DNA of 16,750 nucleotides from Candidatus Iainarchaeum sp. (GTDB lineage: Archaea > Iainarchaeota > Iainarchaeia > Iainarchaeales > 0-14-0-20-34-12): assembly GCA_030649345.1 (NCBI GenBank), contig JAUSKK010000049.1, positions 1-16,750 on the forward strand. Reading direction: 5' to 3'. Shown here one piece after another: positions 8,115 through 14,783 of this stretch. Below the pieces are notes generated by a model. The model was given only the letters and a program-made list of their open reading frames with translations. It did no database searches and was not told the DNA's origin. A program made the position numbers and the translations under genes. The stretch's first letter is position 1; each line of letters starts with the position of its first letter.

Positions 8115-8163
8115 CTTAAAAATCATGAATTTTTAAGGTTCTCAAATTCGTTCCGAATTTGAG
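8115..8163 (+). other. Two tandem perfect hairpins immediately 3' of tRNA-Ala
   Basis: Hairpin one: CTTAAAAAT-catga-ATTTTTAAG (8115-8137). Hairpin two: CTCAAATTCG-ttc-CGAATTTGAG (8141-8163). Both arms are exact reverse complements. Confidence 0.6.
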
Positions 8164-8214
8164 TCCATTCCTTTTTCAGTTTTGCTTTTAATACTTGCTT
8201 TTCCCAAGACTAAT

Positions 8215-9006
8215 ATGCCTAAGTTAATTGAACGTGAAGGAAAATACTTTTTTGAATTGTCTGTTCAAGAGTTTTCTGAACTTAATTTGTCCGTACATTT
8301 GAATTATTCGTTTTCAAAAGCCCAAGAAGGAATCTGGGTTTTGGCAGCAGAACAACCCAAAGAAAACACGCAAGATTTGGCCATTATTCATTTATTGAAA
8401 CAAAAAGATTTGAAAGACCGGGTGGAAGGAAAGTTTGAAAAATTTTTAAATCCAGATCAAACCAATCGCTTTCAACAATTGATTGTTGAAAAAAAAATTA
8501 TTTTATTCAAATTATCCACGCAATACAAGCACGGAATTTACAAATTGCCTGAAGAAATTGAAAAACCAATTACTCAACCTAAATTGGAATCTAAACCTAT
8601 TAATTTTCAGCCTAAAGAAATTCATTCAGCTTCTGTAGTGGTAATTCCTGTTTCTACTCCTCAGAATCCTTCGGTAATTCTTTTAGACCAAGAAGGTTTT
8701 CAAATTATTGTAAACGAAAATGCAGCTAAAGAATTTTCTCAAAAAAACTTTGAACGTTTTAAATCCGGGAAAATTCAAGGCTTAAAGTCTTTTGATGGAA
8801 GATATTATGTTATCAAAACTGAACTATTGACTCAAGTTTCTGACAAAATTTTGAAATCTTTAAAATCTGTTAAAAAAAGTACTTTAGCTGATTTAAGCCA
8901 GCAATTGAATATTTCTCCATTGCTGGTTAAAACAGTGTGCCAGTTTTTAAGCGAACAAGGAGATATTGTAGAAGCCAAACACGAAACCTATCAATATGTT
9001 TCATAA
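8215..9006 (+). CDS. Hypothetical protein with probable winged-helix domains (263 aa)
   Basis: I trimmed the track ORF (TTG at 8182) to the ATG at 8215. The C-terminal STLADLSQQLNISPLLVKTVCQFLSEQGDIVEAK...YQYV looks like a wHTH. A second wH-like stretch is AIIHLLKQKDL...FQQLIVEKKIILFKL...YKL. Confidence 0.65.
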   Translation: MPKLIEREGKYFFELSVQEFSELNLSVHLNYSFSKAQEGIWVLAAEQPKENTQDLAIIHLLKQKDLKDRVEGKFEKFLNPDQTNRFQQLIVEKKIILFKLSTQYKHGIYKLPEEIEKPITQPKLESKPINFQPKEIHSASVVVIPVSTPQNPSVILLDQEGFQIIVNENAAKEFSQKNFERFKSGKIQGLKSFDGRYYVIKTELLTQVSDKILKSLKSVKKSTLADLSQQLNISPLLVKTVCQFLSEQGDIVEAKHETYQYVS

Positions 9007-9014
9007 GTGATTTT

Positions 9015-9386
9015 ATGAATGTATTAATTCCAATTTTAAGTCCTCATTTTCCAACTGATTTTTTAACCCAATTTAATTCGAAAGATTTTGTTATCTTGTT
9101 TTTGCCGATTGATAAAAGCTCTGCTTTGCGAGGCTTTGCTTTTGCCACTCAAGAAGCAGCTGAATGTCAAACTAAAATCAGTGAATTAAAAAAAATTTTA
9201 ATTGAACGAAATATTCCTTGTGTAGATTTAGTGGAATGGTGTATAGATCCTGCGCGAAAAATTGATGCTTTAGCTCAATTAAAGCAATGCGAAAAAATTA
9301 TTTTAGTTAATCAAACCACTGTTTACTTTCAGGAAATTTTTGAAAAATTAAAAGAAAGTACTGCGTATTCTGTTGAAGTTGTGTAA
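9015..9386 (+). CDS. Hypothetical protein, possibly USP-like alpha/beta fold (123 aa)
   Basis: This is an in-frame ATG at 9015 within track ORF 8937..9386, 8 nt after the preceding stop. The alternating beta/alpha pattern (NVLIPIL, FVILFLPID, CEKIILVNQ) is loosely like universal stress proteins. No ATP-binding Gly motif was seen. Confidence 0.45.
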   Translation: MNVLIPILSPHFPTDFLTQFNSKDFVILFLPIDKSSALRGFAFATQEAAECQTKISELKKILIERNIPCVDLVEWCIDPARKIDALAQLKQCEKIILVNQTTVYFQEIFEKLKESTAYSVEVV

Positions 9387-9424
9387 TTGTGAATGATTAA
9401 ATAGTTTGAGAATTATTTCAATCT

Positions 9425-9922
9425 CTAATTGGGTGCTTGTGCTCTAGTTTGTGCAAGCATTTCGTTGACTTTCTTAATGAATGCAGTTCTTCCTTCACGT
9501 GTTTCTAAATTAAATGAGCCGCTATGGCTGACAACATGCATGACTCTTCGAACAGTCTCTGCGCGTCTAGCTAAATCCCATGCTACATCTTTATTTCCAA
9601 TTGCACGTCCCAGTTCTCCTGCTATTTGCTCTCTGCGCTCCATGGGTGTTGTTGGATCAACAATTTGGTTTGCGAGTTTATACACTATTCCTCTGCGCAC
9701 TGCATTTTGTTTGCCTTTTAATAATGGTACTGGTAAATGTTCGATCATTTCCCGGAGAACTGCAGTAGTAACTTTTCCTCGTAAAAATTTATCGTATTGC
9801 ACTGCGCCAGCAGAGCCGAATTTTCTTAAAATACTCCGTGTTTTTCGTGGACTTATTTCTAGTACTCGTTTAGCTGCTTTAACACCTAGATTTCTTCGGG
9901 TTCTTCCTTTTGTAATTCCCAT
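9425..9922 (-). CDS. Small Arg/Lys-rich helical protein (165 aa), hypothetical; possible N-terminal HTH
   Basis: It begins 12 nt downstream of the trpS stop on the same strand. The product is charged and helical, whereas the mirror + strand ORF is Cys/Ser/Leu-rich. LGVKAAKRVLEISPRKTRSILRKFG is HTH-like. It shares a GAVQY block with the 11650 gene. Confidence 0.6.
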   Translation of the reverse strand: MGITKGRTRRNLGVKAAKRVLEISPRKTRSILRKFGSAGAVQYDKFLRGKVTTAVLREMIEHLPVPLLKGKQNAVRRGIVYKLANQIVDPTTPMERREQIAGELGRAIGNKDVAWDLARRAETVRRVMHVVSHSGSFNLETREGRTAFIKKVNEMLAQTRAQAPN

Positions 9923-9934
9923 AAAATGACCTGA

Positions 9935-11026
9935 TTATTTTCCGTATACTATTTTTTCTGCAGTCTTTTTGTTTTTTTCAACCAATTTCAAATGTTTTGT
10001 TCTCCAATCCAGTAAAAATTCAATTGCAAATTGTTTGAGTTCTCCGCTCATTTGTTTTCCTGTTTTTTGCAATTCAATAATTTCGTTCAATTTTTTTTCA
10101 TCCGGATAATGAAATCTTAACAATTCAATCACTCGGTCAATTTCAATATTGGTTCCTAATTTTTTTTGTTCTTCTAAAGTATTTCTTCCGCCTGTAAATG
10201 CTTTGTTGATTTTTTTCTTAATGTCTTCTTCCGAGTCATCTAAAAAAATGGTGTTCTCTAGATCACTGGAAGACATTTTTCCATGTTCTCGTAATCCTTG
10301 CTGGTGTTTAAAATAAACAAAACTTGGTAATTCCATTGGATAAGTGACTCGTTGGGCTAAATCTCTGGCAATCCTTGCATGGGGGTCCTGATCTAAACCA
10401 ATGCCTGTAATGGACGGCATTTTTCCTTCAAATTCTTTTAACTGTGGATGCAAAATATCTGCGTATTGCAATAGTGCTGCAGAAATTTTTCCTAAATCAA
10501 CATGACCATAGACTGCTTCAAATTCATTGCGCGTAATTCGTTTGCTTAACTCAAATGCAAACTCGTAATATCGTGTAGTGTATTTGCTTTGTACATACAC
10601 ATCTTTTTCATCCAAGCCTAACGCAAGTACGTGTGCTAAATTGTTGACTGCAAATTCTTTGGCTTTTTCTAGGCTGGGAACTTTTTCATTCGGTCTGCTT
10701 ACATAAGCATCAATATCTGCAATCGTGAAATAATTTTTGGCTTTTTTTGTTTTAAAAAATTTGAATAAATCAATATCAAACTTGTGTCCTAAATGAAGTC
10801 TTCCAGAGCTGGCAATTCCAGTAATGTTAATGAATGGTTTTTTTTCTTGAATGCATTTCATTATTTTTTCAAAATCTCTGTGTGCAATCACTAAATTTCG
10901 TTTAAACAAATAGTGATCTAAGTGTTTGCTCCATTCTTCTGGAAACTCTTTTAATCCAAATTCTTTGAATACATGCTCGTATTTAGTCAATTGCTGGCTG
11001 CTCCAGGGATCAATCTTTTCAGGCAT
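9935..11026 (-). CDS. trpS: Tryptophan--tRNA ligase, archaeal/eukaryal type
   Basis: Class I motifs HLGH (HIGH) and KMSSS (KMSKS) are present. The N-terminal block is DPW...Y..VFKEFG...AHRDFEKIM...KKPFINITG. The C-terminal AFTGGRNTLEEQKKLG...SGELK pattern is typical of archaeal TrpRS rather than TyrRS. Confidence 0.85.
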   Translation of the reverse strand: MPEKIDPWSSQQLTKYEHVFKEFGLKEFPEEWSKHLDHYLFKRNLVIAHRDFEKIMKCIQEKKPFINITGIASSGRLHLGHKFDIDLFKFFKTKKAKNYFTIADIDAYVSRPNEKVPSLEKAKEFAVNNLAHVLALGLDEKDVYVQSKYTTRYYEFAFELSKRITRNEFEAVYGHVDLGKISAALLQYADILHPQLKEFEGKMPSITGIGLDQDPHARIARDLAQRVTYPMELPSFVYFKHQQGLREHGKMSSSDLENTIFLDDSEEDIKKKINKAFTGGRNTLEEQKKLGTNIEIDRVIELLRFHYPDEKKLNEIIELQKTGKQMSGELKQFAIEFLLDWRTKHLKLVEKNKKTAEKIVYGK

Positions 11027-11094
11027 ATTCTTACTTTAGGAAAGACTTATTTAAAAGCCTTACAACTAATTATTACTAATAAATCAGGAAAAAC

Positions 11095-11619
11095 ATGAAT
11101 ATGGCGAGTGCAACTGTTTTAGTTGAAAATAAAGTGTTTGTAGAAGAAAAACGCAAACGAGACCAATTAATTCAACGCGGTTTTGGAGAATTAACGGAAC
11201 GCAAGCTTGTTTTAGATTTGTTTGAATCCTTGTTTTTGATGGAAAAAGACAAACTTGAAATCCAGCGCTTAACTGGAAAAGATGTGGATGAGAAATCTTT
11301 GCTAAAGTTAGGCTTGAAGTTAGACAAACAATTTTATTCTAAATTTTTAGTTTTTCGTGATCTGCGATCTAAAGGTTTTGTGGTGCGTACTGGCTTAAAG
11401 TTTGGTTTTGATTTCCGCGTTTATCCTAAAGGAAAAAAGCCAGGAGAAGAACACACCTATTGGGTGATTCATGTTTCAACGCAAGACGAAAAAGTTTCTT
11501 TTCCTGAAATTAGCCGAATGGTCCGCTTGGCAGGAAATATTCATACTATTGTACTGCAAGCTGTCGTAGATTCAGAAGACGATATTAACTATTATGAACT
11601 GCGAAGAATAACGCCTTGA
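11095..11619 (+). CDS. endA: tRNA-splicing endonuclease (short, homotetramer-type size)
   Basis: The catalytic-domain signature is GFVVRTGLKFGFDFRVYPKG...EHTYWVIHV. The length is 174 aa. The start could be ATG 11095 or ATG 11101. Confidence 0.88.
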   Translation: MNMASATVLVENKVFVEEKRKRDQLIQRGFGELTERKLVLDLFESLFLMEKDKLEIQRLTGKDVDEKSLLKLGLKLDKQFYSKFLVFRDLRSKGFVVRTGLKFGFDFRVYPKGKKPGEEHTYWVIHVSTQDEKVSFPEISRMVRLAGNIHTIVLQAVVDSEDDINYYELRRITP

Positions 11620-11649
11620 TTTTTATACTTCTTTAATTCTAGTTTTAAT

Positions 11650-12117
11650 ATGCCTAAAACTTTAGCTCGAAAAGTTTCTGCGCGAGTCCGTAATCTGGTT
11701 CGGAGAACAGATCAAAGTTCTCGTAGGATTATGCGAAAAAAAATTCAAAGAAATCCAGCCAAAGGCGTGCAAAAAACCATGAAAACTTTTCATAAAGGTG
11801 CTGTGCAATATGCTTTGAATAAATTAAACATCAAAGATCCAACCATTCGTGCAGAAATTCATTTTTTAGCCCAAACCGCAGTAGACTCTGTTTTAATTTC
11901 TGGGCAAAATGCAGATTCTTTTTTGTTTAGTCCAGCAACACAATCCAAACTTTCCGGTTTCTTAGGCAGCCCAAGTGAAGCTAAAAAATTTAATGCTTTT
12001 TTTGTTGAATTTTTACACAAAATAAAAAAACGAAGAGCCAAAGCAGTTCCCAAATCTGCTGTAGTTCCTGCGCATTATCGCATTGGCCATATTCCTGAAG
12101 GCGGATTTCAAGCGTGA
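11650..12117 (+). CDS. Small Arg/Lys-rich helical protein (155 aa), hypothetical; paralogue-like to 9425..9922
   Basis: The ATG ORF starts 30 nt after endA. It has a basic N-terminus. KTFHKGAVQYALNKL aligns with RKFGSAGAVQYDKFL of the 9425 gene. Stop is TGA. Confidence 0.65.
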   Translation: MPKTLARKVSARVRNLVRRTDQSSRRIMRKKIQRNPAKGVQKTMKTFHKGAVQYALNKLNIKDPTIRAEIHFLAQTAVDSVLISGQNADSFLFSPATQSKLSGFLGSPSEAKKFNAFFVEFLHKIKKRRAKAVPKSAVVPAHYRIGHIPEGGFQA

Positions 12118-12122
12118 TTTAA

Positions 12123-12338
12123 ATGGAACGCAAACAAACTTTAACTCACGATTTGGAAGCCCGTTGGGCTAGAACTGAACGCTTGATTGAAGATGCTTAT
12201 TCTAAATTTCGAAAAGTGATTCGTGAACGAGGAAAAATTAAAGAAAAAACTATTCAAACACGTGCCAAACTTCGTTTGCTTCAGATTGGTGATTTATTGA
12301 GCCGTGGATTAATTACTGAACGAATGGCAAATCGTTGA
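12123..12338 (+). CDS. Small basic helical protein (71 aa as called); the frame stays open past the TGA to 12545
   Basis: The ATG lies 5 nt after the preceding stop. TGA at 12336-12338 is followed by 68 further in-frame sense codons up to the TAA at 12543-12545. See findings. Confidence 0.5.
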   Translation: MERKQTLTHDLEARWARTERLIEDAYSKFRKVIRERGKIKEKTIQTRAKLRLLQIGDLLSRGLITERMANR

Positions 12339-12597
12339 GCAAATACAGTTATTGAATTTACGCATCAAAAAGTGGACGCGCATGCTGTAGTGAATCGTTT
12401 TGAATCTTTTAAATTCAGTCCAAAAAATCCAAAATATATTTCTGGTTTACGTGCTCGCTGGTTGGCGTATGTTGTAAAACATCGTACCCGAAAACGAATT
12501 CAAAGAACTGGAAAAAGGTATCCTAAAAGAATACTTCAACGCTAATTAGTAAATTTGTTTTTGAAATTTTTAAAAATAGATCTGAATTTGGTAGGAT

Positions 12598-12635
12598 GCA
12601 AGACTGTTATGCCTTTGAAAGCATTACAGTCTTGC
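12598..12635. terminator. Long hairpin between convergent genes (possible bidirectional terminator or RNA element)
   Basis: GCAAGACTGTTATGC-ctttgaaa-GCATTACAGTCTTGC forms 14 of 15 pairs with one U-U mismatch. A T6 run follows on the + strand, and A/T runs flank it on the other side. Confidence 0.45.
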
Positions 12636-12660
12636 AAAACAAATAGTTTGCTTTTTTCCT

Positions 12661-12834
12661 TTAACAATCACATGATTTGATTGTTTTTCTTCCGTTTTCG
12701 TCTGCTCTTTTTCCGGCTTTTTCGATAATTTGAGCAACATGGTCGCTTAATGTATCTAATGCATCGGAACCCATTCGGAATCCTTTACTACTTGCTAATT
12801 CTTTTACTTTAGATTTTACTACATAGTCAGCCAT
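12661..12834 (-). CDS. Histone-fold miniprotein, DUF1931-like (57 aa); not in ORF track
   Basis: Hand translation gives MADYVVKSKVKELASSKGFRMGSDALDTLSDHVAQIIEKAGKRADENGRKTIKSCDC. A GGAGGT lies 8 nt upstream of the ATG. The helix-loop-long-helix layout and the NGRKTI..D ending are typical of histone folds. Confidence 0.75.
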   Translation of the reverse strand: MADYVVKSKVKELASSKGFRMGSDALDTLSDHVAQIIEKAGKRADENGRKTIKSCDC

Positions 12835-13025
12835 TAACATCTACCTCCAATTAATAGCGTTGAAACATGCGTTTAAACGCAGTTTAACTATAAGAAAATC
12901 CTAAACCTATTTAAACCTATTCTTTAAAATGAACAAAAAAGCACTTTTAAGCGAATTTAGTTAACTGAAAAACAGAAAATTAAATAAATTTTTTGAAAAA
13001 ATAGAAAATAGAGGAACTTGCAGTT

Positions 13026-13142
13026 TTATTTACAGCAAGCTTTCCAGGTTCTTCCGCTCCAACAAGGGCATCTGGAATCGTCTCTGTAATCCGGTCGAGA
13101 TTTAATTATTTCATCAACTGGATCAATATAATGTGTTACCAT
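13026..13142 (-). CDS. SEC-C-motif micro-protein (38 aa); not in ORF track
   Basis: Hand translation gives MVTHYIDPVDEIIKSRPDYRDDSRCPCWSGRTWKACCK. The terminal CPCxSGxxxKxCC matches the SecA C-terminal metal-binding (SEC-C) motif. A GGGTGAT lies 6 nt upstream of the ATG. Confidence 0.55.
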   Translation of the reverse strand: MVTHYIDPVDEIIKSRPDYRDDSRCPCWSGRTWKACCK

Positions 13143-13228
13143 TCTTTTATCACCCTAATACTACCTTCGGAGTGATATTTAGGGTTTAAGAGTTCGGATT
13201 TCAAACTAAAATCAATTAAAAAATTAGG

Positions 13229-13696
13229 TTATCTTTTTGCTGTTTGTGTTTTTTTAGGTTCAGTTTCAAAAGATTTGGGTTCTAAGGGAACCCGCATTTT
13301 TTCCAGCATTCGTAAAGCCAGTCTTTGTTCCATGCTTTTAGGTTCGGATGCAAATCGTGCAATTCTTCGCAAAAATTGTGCTGCATGTCTTCGTTCTTGC
13401 ATATCCCAATGGTGTTCAAAAACATACCTTAATTGCTGAATGCAGGTTCTTTGAAGTGTTGTTAAGTTGTGTCGTTCTTTTTTAGTTACAGTCATTGTTC
13501 TTGTATTTAATTTTCTGGCTTGGTGTCTGAATTCTTCATAGGCGTTATAAATATCGGTTGCCGCATTTTCAAATTGAGTTAATTGATGAATAGCTTGCCT
13601 AGTCCCGGGTTTGGGTAAAACAGGCTTTTTGAGTTTTTCAATAATTTTTCTTCGTTTAGGTAACCTTACAAGAGTTAGGTGTCTTACTGGAATCAT
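13229..13696 (-). CDS. Small Arg/Lys-rich helical protein (155 aa), hypothetical
   Basis: ATG ORF with a basic N-terminus (LPKRRKIIEKLKKP). The protein looks helical. There is a weak resemblance (AY..FR block) to the 12123 gene. It is divergent from dys. Confidence 0.65.
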   Translation of the reverse strand: MIPVRHLTLVRLPKRRKIIEKLKKPVLPKPGTRQAIHQLTQFENAATDIYNAYEEFRHQARKLNTRTMTVTKKERHNLTTLQRTCIQQLRYVFEHHWDMQERRHAAQFLRRIARFASEPKSMEQRLALRMLEKMRVPLEPKSFETEPKKTQTAKR

Positions 13697-13781
13697 TATA
13701 GTATTTTGTTTTTTGAGCTTAAATTCCTTTCTTTTCCGGCTTATTTTTTAACCCTTTTTTATCCAATATTCTAGTATTGTT

Positions 13782-14783
13782 ATGAAAGATCCGAGAAAAT
13801 CTGTTTTCAAGAAATCGTTAGAACCCAAACAAGCCATTGCAGTTCATGGTTTTGATTTCTCGCAATCCTTTAATTTTGAACAATTTTTGCAATCTTTTTA
13901 TTTTACTGGATTTCAAGCCCACAATTTAAGTAAAGCCATTGATTTAGTTAAACAAATGCGGAAAGAAAAAGTCAGAATTTTTTTAGGTTTTACTTCCAAT
14001 ATTATTTCTTCCGGCTTGCGTGAAAATATTGTTTTTTTAACCCAAGGAAAATTAGTAGATGTTTTAGTAACTACGGCTGGAGGCATTGAAGAAGATTTAG
14101 CTAAAACACATAAGCCTTTTTTGTTGGGTTCTTTTGATTTGGATGGAGCCAAACTTCGAAAAAAAGGAGTAAATCGGATTGGAAATTTATTGGTTCCCAA
14201 TGAACGCTATATTTGGTTTGAAAAATTTATGCGTACTTTTTTGAATCGAATTTATGCTGAACAAAAAAAGACTGGGAAAATTATTCATATTCGTGAACTA
14301 TTGTATGAAATCGGAAAAGAAATTTCAAATTATCCTAATTGTGAATCTTCTTACTTGTATTGGGCGTACAAGAACAATATTCCTGTGTTTTGTCCAGGCA
14401 TCATCGATGGTTCTGCTGGAGACCAGATTTATTTTTTCAAAAAAGATCATTCTGATTTTTTGCTGGACTCCAGCAAAGATGTGATTGAAATGGATGATTT
14501 GGCTTTAACGGCTGAAAAAACCGGTGCAATTATTCTAGGGGGCTCTTTACCAAAACATTTTATTATGAATGCCAATCAGTTACGCGAAGGTGCTGATTTT
14601 GTAGTGTACATTAATTCGCATCCAGATTTTGACGGTTCTGATTCTGGTGCTAATTTAGAAGAAGCTAAATCTTGGGGTAAAGCTGCTCATAATGAAAATT
14701 CTGTAAAAGTTTTTTGTGATGCAACCATTGCCTTTCCTTTATTAATTGCTGGCTCGTTTTGGGATAAACTAAAAAAGAATTAA
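13782..14783 (+). CDS. dys: Deoxyhypusine synthase
   Basis: Motifs seen: GFTSNIISSGLRE, LVDVLVTTAGGIEEDL, GVNRIGNLLVPNERY and IILGGSLPKHF. These are characteristic DHS blocks. Confidence 0.92.
   Translation: MKDPRKSVFKKSLEPKQAIAVHGFDFSQSFNFEQFLQSFYFTGFQAHNLSKAIDLVKQMRKEKVRIFLGFTSNIISSGLRENIVFLTQGKLVDVLVTTAGGIEEDLAKTHKPFLLGSFDLDGAKLRKKGVNRIGNLLVPNERYIWFEKFMRTFLNRIYAEQKKTGKIIHIRELLYEIGKEISNYPNCESSYLYWAYKNNIPVFCPGIIDGSAGDQIYFFKKDHSDFLLDSSKDVIEMDDLALTAEKTGAIILGGSLPKHFIMNANQLREGADFVVYINSHPDFDGSDSGANLEEAKSWGKAAHNENSVKVFCDATIAFPLLIAGSFWDKLKKN

Noticed and set aside
7854-8126. 90-aa - strand ORF
   Set aside because: It overlaps the well-folded tRNA-Ala (8043-8114) and the 3' end of the 7493 gene, so it is spurious.
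8182-9014. Upstream extensions of two track ORFs (TTG start at 8182; start at 8937)
   Set aside because: The 8182 start is a TTG, with an ATG 11 codons downstream. The 8937 start overlaps the preceding gene by 70 nt, whereas the in-frame ATG at 9015 gives an 8-nt gap.
9429-9929. 166-aa + strand ORF mirroring the 9425..9922 gene (also 9580..9768)
   Set aside because: The product is rich in Cys/Ser/Leu and lacks charged helices. The - strand product is protein-like, has a paralogue at 11650, and is positioned 12 nt after trpS. This is most likely an antisense shadow ORF.
12336-12338. Genome-wide TGA reassignment to a sense codon
   Set aside because: TGA ends glmM (in an ATGA overlap with the next start), endA and the 11650 gene at sensible positions. 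Long genes such as the 987-codon ATPase contain no in-frame TGA.
12336-12635. Selenocysteine decoding of the in-frame TGA, with the 12598-12635 hairpin acting as a 3'-UTR SECIS
   Set aside because: The hairpin lacks the GAA/A internal loop and the GC-rich apical stem of archaeal SECIS elements. The residue context (MANR-x-ANT) is not a redox motif. No Sec machinery is visible in this window.
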